DNA of 64,000 nt from the sequence record DRR723986_21710, one strand, 5' to 3'. Shown piece by piece: positions 19,307 through 28,794 of the stretch; position 1 is the first letter of the stretch; each line of letters starts with the position of its first letter. The notes under the pieces were generated by a model. That model saw nothing but the letters and a program-made list of their open reading frames with translations. It did not search any database and had not been told where the DNA came from. A program made the position numbers and the translations under genes.

Positions 19307-20171
19307 TTGCGAAGCGTTCTTTAATTGCTTTCATGATAAACACATTGGCTTCCCATTGATCCGCGATAGGGACGTTGGAAAAGGGTACTGTAGGTAAGTA
19401 AGGCGGAGGACCGAATTCTGTCGTGATCGTAAATACTTCCTGACCAGAATTACGGATGATATGCTCCCAAATATCCAAGTGGGTTTTAAGAGCAGACGCC
19501 CATTCTGGCGCGGCGGGATTGTTCACTTGCGGGCCTTCGGCAAAACCGACTCTAGCATGTATATGATCTACATTCGGAAGGATTTGCTGTAGCAATGGAT
19601 CATTCAAACCGATTAATCGCTCATGAACTACCATCCAATGAGATATGTCAAGGTTTAGTCGTAATTCCGGCGCTAGCTTGAGCATTTCCACGGTGAGTGG
19701 GACATTGAAAGAAAATCTACTGCGGTGAGTTTCATGAACAATGCTAATACCAGAGGCTTTGCTTGCTTTGGTGGTTACATCGATAAAGGCTTTGTTTTCC
19801 TCCAAAGTCCAATAATCCGATCCTGTATGGGAGTTGATTTTTACTGGGTTCCATGCAATTATCTTTTGGAGATTTTCTTCATAGACTTTCAACGATTCGG
19901 CAAAGGGAAGTCCCTTGCTTGTACCATGAAGGAAAATCACTTTCAAGTCATATTTTTCCAGTCCGGCTTTTAACTCTTTTTGTTTGGCTTCATCGTATGG
20001 AAACCATGTTTCAATCCCATCATATCCATCATTTTTTACACGTTGCAGAAACTCGTCAATGGAAAGTTGATTCCCCCAATCTGTCTGGAAGAATTGGATC
20101 TTTTGTTGGGAAAAAACTGGAGAAAGAAATAAGGTAAATAGTAAAGCAAGGAGGGTAATTCTTGTGAGCAT
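19299..20171 (-). CDS. Sugar-phosphate isomerase/epimerase (xylose isomerase-like TIM barrel), secreted
   Basis: GYDGIE, HETHR, LDISHW, HIHARVG, TTEFGP; signal peptide. Confidence 0.85.
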   Translation of the reverse strand: MLTRITLLALLFTLFLSPVFSQQKIQFFQTDWGNQLSIDEFLQRVKNDGYDGIETWFPYDEAKQKELKAGLEKYDLKVIFLHGTSKGLPFAESLKVYEENLQKIIAWNPVKINSHTGSDYWTLEENKAFIDVTTKASKASGISIVHETHRSRFSFNVPLTVEMLKLAPELRLNLDISHWMVVHERLIGLNDPLLQQILPNVDHIHARVGFAEGPQVNNPAAPEWASALKTHLDIWEHIIRNSGQEVFTITTEFGPPPYLPTVPFSNVPIADQWEANVFIMKAIKERFAND

Positions 20172-20177
20172 GCAGGA

Positions 20178-21683
20178 TTAAGCTAATATTTTATTAATTA
20201 ATTCACCTTCAACGTCCGTTAGTCGGAAAGGGCGGCCTTGGAAATCATAAGTGAATTTCTCATGATCAAAACCCATCAAATGAAGGATTGTAGCGTGAAT
20301 ATCATGAACAGATACTTTGTCTTCAACTCCTGAAAATCCAAAGTCGTCAGTCTTACCATAAGTTACGCCGGGTTTGATACCACCACCAGCCATCCACATG
20401 GTAAAGGCATCTACGTGATGATCTCTACCCAAAAATCCCTGAGTTTTTCCACCACGATTTTCCTGCATAGGAGTTCTTCCAAATTCACCTCCCCAGACTA
20501 CCAAGGTGTCTTCGAGCATCCCTCTTTGCTTCAAGTCAAGAAGTAAAGCTGAAATCGGTCTGTCTATTTCTCGGCATTTGTTGCGAAGCCCCATATCAAT
20601 AGAACCATCGTGGTCTGTTCCGTGAGTATCCCAACCCCAGTCATAAAGCTGTACAAAGCGAACACCTTTTTCTACCATTTTTCTAGCTAATAGGCAGTTG
20701 TTGGCGAAGGATTCAGCACCTGGTTTAGTCCCGTAAAGTTCATGTATGGACTCGGGTTCATCGTTGATATCCATTACCTCCGGAACTTCTATTTGCATTC
20801 TGTAGGCCATCTCATACTGATTGATTCTAGCTAGAATCTCAGGGTCACCATAGGTATTGAATTCCTCCTGATTTACCTTATTGATAGCGTCAATGACGTT
20901 ATTCTTCAGATTTCTACTCATTCCCTCAGGATCATCCAGATACAAAACAGGATCGCCTTTGGATCGACACTGCACACCCTGATAGACTGATGGTAAAAAT
21001 CCTGAGCCCCAAACGCTTTTGCCGGCATCAGGAGTTTTTCCCCCTGAAGTAAGCACGACAAACCCAGGTAGATTCTGGTTTTCTGTACCCAATCCATAAG
21101 TTACCCAGCTTCCCAAACTTGGTCTTCCAAGTCTAGCACTTCCTGTCTGCATGAAAAGCTGAGCAGGGCCATGGTTGAACTGATCGGTGTGTACTGCTTT
21201 TATGAATGAAACGTCATCAGCAAGTTTGGAAAAATGAGGCAGGTAATCTGAGATCCAGGCGCCTGATTGTCCATGCTGGGAGAAATTGGCTTGGGGTCCT
21301 AAGATGTTTGGCGTGCCTTGGATGAATGCGAATTTTCTACCTTCCAGCAGTGACTGAGGGCAAGGCTGGTTATGATATTTTACTAATTCAGGTTTGTAAT
21401 CAAATAGCTCCAATTGCGAAGGAGCGCCAGCCATATGAAGATAAATAATGGATTTTGCCTTGGCTCCAAAAGGTGGAGGCAGTGGAGAAAGGGGATTCAG
21501 GTCTCTTTCACTAAGATTTAATCCCTTAGAAGAAGCAGAAGAACTTGTGTCACAGCCAAACATTAATGGCGCCATTGCCAGCCCACCAACTTTGGAGACA
21601 CAGTCCATCAGGAAATGTCTTCTTGTTTGCTTTGCCAGCTTTTGCTGCGCAAACTCAACGAGCATTTTATCTAAGCTTTTCAT
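20178..21683 (-). CDS. DUF1501 family protein (alkaline phosphatase/sulfatase-like), Tat-exported
   Basis: TRRHFL Tat motif, GAPSQLELFDYKP, GSWVTYGLG, GWDTH, GGEFGRTP, GRDHH, HDIHATILH. Confidence 0.92.
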   Translation of the reverse strand: MKSLDKMLVEFAQQKLAKQTRRHFLMDCVSKVGGLAMAPLMFGCDTSSSASSKGLNLSERDLNPLSPLPPPFGAKAKSIIYLHMAGAPSQLELFDYKPELVKYHNQPCPQSLLEGRKFAFIQGTPNILGPQANFSQHGQSGAWISDYLPHFSKLADDVSFIKAVHTDQFNHGPAQLFMQTGSARLGRPSLGSWVTYGLGTENQNLPGFVVLTSGGKTPDAGKSVWGSGFLPSVYQGVQCRSKGDPVLYLDDPEGMSRNLKNNVIDAINKVNQEEFNTYGDPEILARINQYEMAYRMQIEVPEVMDINDEPESIHELYGTKPGAESFANNCLLARKMVEKGVRFVQLYDWGWDTHGTDHDGSIDMGLRNKCREIDRPISALLLDLKQRGMLEDTLVVWGGEFGRTPMQENRGGKTQGFLGRDHHVDAFTMWMAGGGIKPGVTYGKTDDFGFSGVEDKVSVHDIHATILHLMGFDHEKFTYDFQGRPFRLTDVEGELINKILA

Positions 21684-21684
21684 T

Positions 21685-24423
21685 TTAAGGTTTGGTTATA
21701 AATTCATCCAAATTCAGCATTGCATTCGCCACAACTGTCATGGCGGCTTGCTCAGCGTTTACTTTTTGGTCTTTCCAGCCAAAGAAGGAATCAAGTTCTG
21801 ATGGATTCTTAGAATACTGGGCTATTGCTTCTTCATGTAATATTTCCAAGGCAGTTAGTTTCTGTTCCGAAATAGGAGTCAAAATCATTTTCTCATAACC
21901 ATAGCTAATCGCTTTCCCAGGATCTGAATTGCCATGTGCTAGCATATCCTCAGAAAGATGGTAGGCTGCTTCCAAATAAACAGGGTCATTCAGCGTCACT
22001 AAGGCCTGCAATGGAGTGTTAGTTACTAATCGTCTACTCAAACATACTTCACGACTTCCTGCATCAAAGGACAGGAAAGACGGATAGGGACTTGTTCTTT
22101 TTAAGAAGGTATAAATGCCCCTTCGGTGGGCATCTTCTCCCTTACTTTCTGTCCAAGTCCCGCCATTATAAACTGTTTGCCAGATGCCATCGGGCTGGGC
22201 AGGCATTACCCCAGGTCCGTACATTTTTTCACTCAAAAGACCGGAGACTGCAAGTGCCTGATCGCGCACCTGTTCCGCACTTAACCGGAACCTTGGTCCT
22301 CGTGCGTAATATTTGTTTTGAGGATCTTTGGTGAAAAGTTCCGGAGAAACTACTGAAGATTGTTTATAGGTTTTGGAGGTGACTATTTCACGAATAAGAC
22401 TTTTAATACTCCATTGGTAATCATTCATGGTTTTCCAAGCCAGATAATCCAACAGCTCCGGATGTGAAGGTGGGTCTGATTGAGTTCCCATGTCTTCCAA
22501 AGTGCTGACGATTCCTCTTCCCATGATTTGATCCCACACGCGGTTTACTAAGGTTCTAGAGGTTAATGGATTTTCTTTATCCATCAGCCAATAGGCAAAT
22601 CCAAGTCGATTTGCAGGCCATTCTTCCTTCCAAGGATTTAACTCTTTTGGTGTTTCTGGTTTTACCTTGTCACCTAAAATCATCCAATTTCCCCTTTCAA
22701 ATACTCGAGTGTCCCTGGCCATGTAGTCTGGGTTTTCGATCATAATCGGGAGCTTGGTTCCATTGAAATTGAGAATATCTTCCCAACTTTTCTGCATAGT
22801 AGCATAGCCAGGTTTTTCTTCACCTTTCAATTTTGGAACAAAAGCAAACCAGATAAATCTAGCCGCAGTTTGATCAGGTTTTGAATTAGGGTTTTTGATT
22901 TCTAAAAATAAATCAATAGTTCCTTCAACTGATTTGAATGGAATAGGACGGATAATTTGCCCGGTTTTATTGATAGGGAATGAGGCTAAAAGCTCGCCCT
23001 CAGGTCCATCTTTTCTAATGCTCATCGTACTACCATCCAGCCCTGCAGAATATTCCATCAGAAGTTGGTCTGATCCCTGCGTATTGATGTTTTTTAAATA
23101 TGCGGAACCGTTACCCTCAATGCCTAACCACTTACTGTCCAGTAAAGTCGCATTTACAAAGTCAACTGCACTATGGGATGGGTATTTCGGCTCAAGATAA
23201 GTGAGGAACTCTTTCTTGGCTTCTGCAGCTTTTACGCCTTCGTTTTCCTTAACCCATTGGGTAATGCTTTCTATTTTAGTTTTTTCCTCAGGTGAATAGA
23301 ACCTGAGTCTTGGTTCCTCGTCATGCGTGTCCTCATCACGGGTGTTATTGAAAAATGCAGCAGACTGATAGAATTCTTCATGCCTAATCGGGTCGTACGT
23401 ATGGCTGTGACATTGCACACATGCCATCGTGGTGCTTTGCCATACTTCGTAGGTGGTACTCACTCTATCCAGCACGGCGGCAACCCTAAATTCCTCATCC
23501 TGTGTGCCACCCTCATCGTTATTCATGGTATTTCGGTGGAAAGCCGTGGCTGTCAGTTGATCTTCTGTTGGATTTGGAAGTAAATCTCCTGCTAATTGAT
23601 TAATGGTGAATTCATCGTAAGGCATATCGGCATTGAATGCCCGGATTACCCAATCGCGATAAGGCCACATCGTTCTGTTTACATCGCGCTCATAGCCCTT
23701 AGTATCTGCGTATCTTGCCATATCCAGCCACCAGGTAGCCCATTTTTCCCCATAGCTTGTGCTAGCCAGCATTTGATCTACAGCCTCCTCATAGGTGATT
23801 TTTTCAGAAGAAAAGGCTTCCTTGATCTCTTTGGTAGGAGGGAGCCCAGTAATATCCAATGCAGCTCTTCGGAGTAATTTCAAGCGGTTTTCCTGTGGAG
23901 AAAATTCAAGTTCCTGCTCCTTCAGCTTTTTGGCTATATAAAAATCTATGGAATTGGAAGATTCAGAGTTCTCGCCGGCGTAAAGGCCGGCTGCAAGTTT
24001 GGTGTCTATTTCTTTAGGTTTTTGCACTGTTTGATATGCCCAGTGCTTTCCCCATTTCGCTCCCTGCTTAATCCAGGTTTTGAGTAGTTCTATTTCATCT
24101 TTGGAAAGAGGTTCTTTCTCATAGGGCATTCTCAATTCAGGATCAGAAGAAGTAAGTCGTTTGATCAATTCACTCCCATTGGGATCTCCCGGAATAATTG
24201 CAGCGTGCCCAGATTCCGTGATGGCGAAGGCTTCCTCTTCAAAAAGTACTGAGAAACCACCACTTTTCTTTACGCCTCCATGGCAGGTAATGCAATTTTT
24301 ATTCAGGATGGGTTTGATCTCTGTGCTGTAGTCTATTTCTCTTTCCGTTCCAAAAAAGAAAAAGCCAGTAATTGCTACCAACACAGCAATAGTAAGGAAT
24401 AGTGTGATTTTGAGCTTATTCAT
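21685..24423 (-). CDS. Planctomycete cytochrome c + DUF1549 + DUF1553 (PSD1) protein with a CBM-like insert
   Basis: CITCH and CVQCH heme motifs, HWAY, WLDMARYADT, QLAGDLLP, PSHPELLD, NTPLQAL; beta-sandwich insert near aa 430-530. Confidence 0.92.
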   Translation of the reverse strand: MNKLKITLFLTIAVLVAITGFFFFGTEREIDYSTEIKPILNKNCITCHGGVKKSGGFSVLFEEEAFAITESGHAAIIPGDPNGSELIKRLTSSDPELRMPYEKEPLSKDEIELLKTWIKQGAKWGKHWAYQTVQKPKEIDTKLAAGLYAGENSESSNSIDFYIAKKLKEQELEFSPQENRLKLLRRAALDITGLPPTKEIKEAFSSEKITYEEAVDQMLASTSYGEKWATWWLDMARYADTKGYERDVNRTMWPYRDWVIRAFNADMPYDEFTINQLAGDLLPNPTEDQLTATAFHRNTMNNDEGGTQDEEFRVAAVLDRVSTTYEVWQSTTMACVQCHSHTYDPIRHEEFYQSAAFFNNTRDEDTHDEEPRLRFYSPEEKTKIESITQWVKENEGVKAAEAKKEFLTYLEPKYPSHSAVDFVNATLLDSKWLGIEGNGSAYLKNINTQGSDQLLMEYSAGLDGSTMSIRKDGPEGELLASFPINKTGQIIRPIPFKSVEGTIDLFLEIKNPNSKPDQTAARFIWFAFVPKLKGEEKPGYATMQKSWEDILNFNGTKLPIMIENPDYMARDTRVFERGNWMILGDKVKPETPKELNPWKEEWPANRLGFAYWLMDKENPLTSRTLVNRVWDQIMGRGIVSTLEDMGTQSDPPSHPELLDYLAWKTMNDYQWSIKSLIREIVTSKTYKQSSVVSPELFTKDPQNKYYARGPRFRLSAEQVRDQALAVSGLLSEKMYGPGVMPAQPDGIWQTVYNGGTWTESKGEDAHRRGIYTFLKRTSPYPSFLSFDAGSREVCLSRRLVTNTPLQALVTLNDPVYLEAAYHLSEDMLAHGNSDPGKAISYGYEKMILTPISEQKLTALEILHEEAIAQYSKNPSELDSFFGWKDQKVNAEQAAMTVVANAMLNLDEFITKP

Positions 24424-24641
24424 CTAGATAGTAATGAAACCTTAAAGTAAGGAATAATTGATTGTTTAAAAAGATATCTACAGATTGTTAGTGCGCAAGG
24501 ACTAATACTTACCAAATAGGTGTGTGGTAATGAATTTAAAAAAGTGTTTTTCAGTTTTTGTTATGATCTTTCCGTGGTAGAAGGGGAGACGGCATTGAAG
24601 CTTATCCTCTGAATCATCTATACTCTTCGCACAAAGTGATT

Positions 24642-24674
24642 AAAAAAAACACCCTGCTTTTAAGGAGCAGGGTG
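24642..24674 (-). terminator. Rho-independent terminator after tdh
   Basis: A8 followed by CACCCTGCT-TTTAAGG-AGCAGGGTG (U-tract on minus strand). Confidence 0.85.
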
Positions 24675-24680
24675 ATGATA

Positions 24681-25628
24681 TTAGAATCTAAAGTTTGGAA
24701 GATTTTCCAAAATATCCTTGGTCATAGCGTCCAAGTCATAGTCGTGTTGCCAGCCCCAATCTTTCCGGGCGCAGGAATCGTCAATGCTATCCGGCCAGCT
24801 ATCAGCAATTGCCTGACGGAAATCAGGGTTATATTCGATTTTAAAATCGGGCATGTATTTCAAAATACTCTCATAACTTTCTTTTGGTGTAAAGTTCATA
24901 GCAGCCAAGTTATAGCTAGATCGGATCTTTACAGATTCCCGGGGAGCATTCATCAAGTCCAAGGTGGCTTTAATCGCATCGGGCATGTACATCATGGGAA
25001 GAGAACTATCTTCACGCAGGAAGCAATCGAATTTCTCACCTGCCAAAGCTTTGTGGTAAATATCCACGGCATAATCGGTTGTGCCACCACCAGGAAGTGA
25101 CTTGTAGCCGATCAAACCTGGATAGCGAAGACTGCGAACGTCCACATTAAACTTCTGAAAGTAGTATTCGCACCATCTTTCCCCAGCTTGCTTAGAAATA
25201 CCATACACAGTGTTTGGCTCTTTTACGCAGTATTGAGGCGTGTTGATTTTTGGAGTATTCGGTCCAAAGACTGCAATAGACGATGGCCAATAAACTTTAT
25301 TAAGCTTGAATTCTTTGGCAAGTTCAAGAACATGTAGCAAACTTTCCATGTTCAGTTCCCAGGCAAAAAGAGGTTTTTTCTCACCAACGGCAGAAAGGAC
25401 GGCTGCTAAATGATAAATCTGGGTGATATTTTCCTCTTTGACCAGGTTTCTCAAGCCATCCTTGTCCATCACATCGAGAACCTGAAAACGGCAAAAGTCA
25501 AATTTAACTTTTGCGGATTCATTGAGGTCTGTAGCAATTACTTGTTCTGCACCAAACTGATCTGCCAGAGAACGAGTAAGTTCTGAACCCAACTGTCCTG
25601 CAGCGCCTATTACAAGGATTTTTTCCAT
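24681..25628 (-). CDS. tdh: SDR-type L-threonine 3-dehydrogenase (NAD-dependent epimerase family)
   Basis: GAAGQLG, HLAAVLSA, SSIAVFG, YGISK, PGGGTTDYAV, LPMMYMPD; divergent from kbl. Confidence 0.88.
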   Translation of the reverse strand: MEKILVIGAAGQLGSELTRSLADQFGAEQVIATDLNESAKVKFDFCRFQVLDVMDKDGLRNLVKEENITQIYHLAAVLSAVGEKKPLFAWELNMESLLHVLELAKEFKLNKVYWPSSIAVFGPNTPKINTPQYCVKEPNTVYGISKQAGERWCEYYFQKFNVDVRSLRYPGLIGYKSLPGGGTTDYAVDIYHKALAGEKFDCFLREDSSLPMMYMPDAIKATLDLMNAPRESVKIRSSYNLAAMNFTPKESYESILKYMPDFKIEYNPDFRQAIADSWPDSIDDSCARKDWGWQHDYDLDAMTKDILENLPNFRF

Positions 25629-25675
25629 TAATCTTTCTTTGAAAATCAACCTAAGAGGAGCTCTAGGTTTTTGTT

Positions 25676-25703
25676 TATATTTGGGTTTGCGACTGCAAAA
25701 CTA
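25676..25703. promoter_or_regulatory. Face-to-face -7 boxes for kbl (+) and tdh (-)
   Basis: TATATTTG (+, 25676-25683) and TAGTTTTG (-, 25703-25696). Confidence 0.55.
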
Positions 25704-25782
25704 AGAAAAAACTGCTTCCTGAGCAGGATTTTTGATCAAAGGAATCAGACGTTTTTGAATAACATAAAATCAACTAGCTATC

Positions 25783-26979
25783 ATGTACGATCAGTTCAGA
25801 CCCAAATTGCAAGAGGAACTTAAGGGAATAGAGGAAGCAGGTCTTTTCAAAAAAGAGCGTGTCATCACCTCTCCACAATCTGCAGAAATCACTATCGCCG
25901 GAGGTCAGAAAGTTTTGAACTTCTGTGCTAACAATTATCTGGGACTTTCTTCTCATCCCAAAGTGATCGAAGCAGCAAAGGCTGCGATAGATTCACACGG
26001 TTTTGGAATGTCATCTGTGCGATTCATTTGCGGTACGCAGGATATTCACAAGGAGCTGGAAAGGAAGATTTCAGAATTCTTGGGCACCGAGGATACGATT
26101 CTTTATGCCGCTGCTTTTGATGCAAATGGAGGAGTATTCGAGCCGATATTGGGCCCTGAAGATGCGATAATTTCTGATGCATTGAATCACGCATCTATCA
26201 TTGATGGGGTTCGTCTTTGCAAGGCCATGCGATTTCGATACCAGCATAACGATATGGCGGATCTGGAAGCTCAGCTGAAGGATGCTGTTGCAAAGGGAGC
26301 TAAGCAGAAGATCATAGTTACTGATGGAGTTTTCTCTATGGATGGCACGATTGCCCAGTTGGACAAGATCGTGGAGTTGGCTGAAAAGTATGAAGCGCTA
26401 GTGATGACGGATGAGTGTCATTCTACCGGTTTCATGGGCAAAACTGGCCGTGGGGTACATGAGCATTGTGGAGTGATGGGCAAAATTGATATCATCACAG
26501 GTACGTTAGGAAAAGCATTGGGTGGAGCTTCAGGAGGATTTACTTCAGGAAGGAAGGAAATAGTGGAACTCCTACGTCAGCGCTCCAGACCATATTTGTT
26601 TTCCAATACCTTGGCGCCATCTATCACAGGTGCTTCAATAGCAGTTTTTGACCTACTTTCTGAGACCACTGAATTGAGGGATAAATTGGAAGAAAATACC
26701 AAGTACTTCCGTGAGAAAATGACTGCTGCTGGATTTGATATCAAACCAGGTGAGCATGCTATCGTGCCGATTATGCTTTACGATGCTGTTCTTTCGCAAA
26801 AAATGGCCGAAAAAGTCTTGGAAAAAGGGATTTATGTCATTGGTTTTTACTACCCGGTAGTTCCTAAAGGACAGGCTAGAATCCGTGTCCAAATATCTGC
26901 AGGACATGACAAAGCGCATTTGGATCAGGCGATTGCAGCTTTCACGGAGGTTGGAAAAGAATTAGGTGTAATAGAGTAA
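25783..26979 (+). CDS. kbl: Glycine C-acetyltransferase (2-amino-3-ketobutyrate CoA ligase)
   Basis: [57 protein letters not shown]. Confidence 0.97.
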   Translation: MYDQFRPKLQEELKGIEEAGLFKKERVITSPQSAEITIAGGQKVLNFCANNYLGLSSHPKVIEAAKAAIDSHGFGMSSVRFICGTQDIHKELERKISEFLGTEDTILYAAAFDANGGVFEPILGPEDAIISDALNHASIIDGVRLCKAMRFRYQHNDMADLEAQLKDAVAKGAKQKIIVTDGVFSMDGTIAQLDKIVELAEKYEALVMTDECHSTGFMGKTGRGVHEHCGVMGKIDIITGTLGKALGGASGGFTSGRKEIVELLRQRSRPYLFSNTLAPSITGASIAVFDLLSETTELRDKLEENTKYFREKMTAAGFDIKPGEHAIVPIMLYDAVLSQKMAEKVLEKGIYVIGFYYPVVPKGQARIRVQISAGHDKAHLDQAIAAFTEVGKELGVIE

Positions 26980-27028
26980 GTTTTTGCCTGATAATGCAGG
27001 TAGGAGGTAAGTATACCTCAGAAATATC

Positions 27029-27063
27029 AAAGCCGGGATTCTATAGAGATTCCCGGCTTTTTT
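27029..27063. terminator. Terminator between convergent kbl and DUF5715 genes
   Basis: AAAGCCGGGA...TCCCGGCTTTTTT. Confidence 0.8.
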
Positions 27064-27126
27064 GATGAATTTTTCTGACCAAAAGTAAAATTGGGTTTTG
27101 CCACTCCTTCTTTAGTCCAGAATCAG

Positions 27127-27849
27127 TTATCTCACGGTCACGTGATAACAACTCTGTTTCCGCTCTTTTATAAAAAGAATTTTTCCTTCGTCCTGAAACT
27201 CATTAAGGATCTTCTCAAGCTTTTTCTGTTTGCTTCTATTCCAATTTTTCTTTCCGTTAAATCGTATATAGGAGATGTCAAAAGAGACTCCATAAGAATG
27301 AGAGCTTTCTCCAGAAGTTGCATTTGAATTTCTTCTTCTGAGGCTTTTTTGCTGTTCTGGAGTACGCGTTACTGATGTGAGCGTGAAGGTACTTTCCTTT
27401 TCTGTCAATGTTTGAAAAGCTATCCCGAGTTCTTCCAGCACTACCTTTGAATAGGGGGTGATGTAAGGATGGCTATGGGTAAGTTTCATTACTTCGTATC
27501 CATTCCCTTCATTTATTAGTATGAGTTGTCCCTCTTCGATGAGTTTATTGAAGTGACTTTCATTTTCTATTACACCAAAGCCATTGTTTTCTCCAGCGAA
27601 GAGATGTTTGTCATATTCCTTGGTGATAATGCCTTCTGGTATGGGAGGAATAATCCTTGGTAGAGGCAATTCCACTTCTATTGGTTGGGGATTTTCAGCT
27701 GATTTTTTTGGTTTAGAAGTGCTAGTTAAGGTTGAATAGGTTTCTTTAAGTTGCTGTTTTAATTCTGGCATATAGGCTTGCGTTGCCCAAGCGCCTGCTG
27801 AAAAAAGTATAAATAAGGATGCAATTTGTAAGAATGGAATTTTTTTCAT
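27127..27849 (-). CDS. DUF5715-like protein, M15/Hedgehog-DD-peptidase-like Zn motif
   Basis: N-terminal TM; TSVTRTPEQQ, SSHSYGVSFDI (H-x6-D), CYHVTVR. Confidence 0.7.
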   Translation of the reverse strand: MKKIPFLQIASLFILFSAGAWATQAYMPELKQQLKETYSTLTSTSKPKKSAENPQPIEVELPLPRIIPPIPEGIITKEYDKHLFAGENNGFGVIENESHFNKLIEEGQLILINEGNGYEVMKLTHSHPYITPYSKVVLEELGIAFQTLTEKESTFTLTSVTRTPEQQKSLRRRNSNATSGESSHSYGVSFDISYIRFNGKKNWNRSKQKKLEKILNEFQDEGKILFIKERKQSCYHVTVR

Positions 27850-28083
27850 TTGTAAACGGGTACTTGATAATTCGGGTCTTGCTTATGAATTTAGTCTGAA
27901 GCAAAGATTAATCCATAGTTATTTCAAGGTGAAAACTTATTTTGATTTAGTTTTGAGAAAGGTGATTTTGACTCTCATTACTTAGAAACGATAACTTGAC
28001 TTTTTTATGAAATAAATCCCAGAATTAATTTTTTTGAGGGCTTTTGGATTTATGAACGGTAGCTTAAGAAGCTTCTAATCGGT

Positions 28084-28151
28084 ATGACACAAATGACGTA
28101 AGAATGACGTATCCTAGTCGCTAGTATTGTGAAGCCACAAAACTACATTTG
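28084..28151 (+). promoter_or_regulatory. Direct repeats (AATGACGTA x2 plus ATGAC) and -7 box upstream of the XRE regulator
   Basis: AATGACGTA at 28092 and 28103 (11-bp period), ATGAC at 28084, TACATTTG 28144-28151. Confidence 0.55.
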
Positions 28152-28162
28152 AATTCTACTAA

Positions 28163-28780
28163 ATGAACAAGAAAATGGATAGTAAAGCTCTTGGCGTAAA
28201 ATTGAAAACTCTTCGGTTAAAGAATGGATATTCACAAGAGGAACTGGCAGAATCTGCCGGAGTTAGTTTGCGAACAGTTCAAAGAATGGAGAATGCTGAG
28301 GCAGTACCTAGGTTGGACACTGTGAAACGATTATTTCAAATTTTTGGATTGAGTCCTGATGAGGTAATGGATTGGACTCAGACAGAGGATAAGGGATATC
28401 TGCTAGGAATGAATTTGTCAGGTTTGATTTTCATAGTCCTACCACTTCTTGGTGTTGTTTTGCCACTAATACTGTGGATGAGTCGGAAGGATAAAATTGC
28501 TGGTGTGAGTGAATTAGGACGAAGCTTAGTGAATTTCCAGCTTACTTGGGCTTTAGTCTATTACTTATGGAGTACCTTTTGTGGTTGGTTAATGGGGTTT
28601 TTTAACTTTTCTGGAAATGGTGATGTAAGCCCTGCTCTAGTCTATAATTATTTATATGTCAGAGTTGGCGGCATCTTTTTTATATACTTACTTGAAATCT
28701 TTATGATCTCTCTGAATACATACAGAATCAACAAGGGTTTAAAAGTAAAGTATCTTCCCAAAATCAACTTCTTAAAATGA
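28163..28780 (+). CDS. XRE-family HTH regulator fused to a DUF4870-like membrane domain
   Basis: GYSQEELAESAGVSLRTVQRMEN; 3 TM with PLILWM...NFQLTW...Y.P. Confidence 0.85.
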   Translation: MNKKMDSKALGVKLKTLRLKNGYSQEELAESAGVSLRTVQRMENAEAVPRLDTVKRLFQIFGLSPDEVMDWTQTEDKGYLLGMNLSGLIFIVLPLLGVVLPLILWMSRKDKIAGVSELGRSLVNFQLTWALVYYLWSTFCGWLMGFFNFSGNGDVSPALVYNYLYVRVGGIFFIYLLEIFMISLNTYRINKGLKVKYLPKINFLK

Positions 28781-28794
28781 GAAGTTAGTTTTTC

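Noticed and set aside
24636-25100. 154-aa plus-strand ORF and the other short antisense ORFs in the track (e.g. 2646-3065, 21448-21801, 55022-55411, 62931-63278)
   Set aside because: They lie opposite well-supported genes and show no recognisable motifs; treated as shadow ORFs
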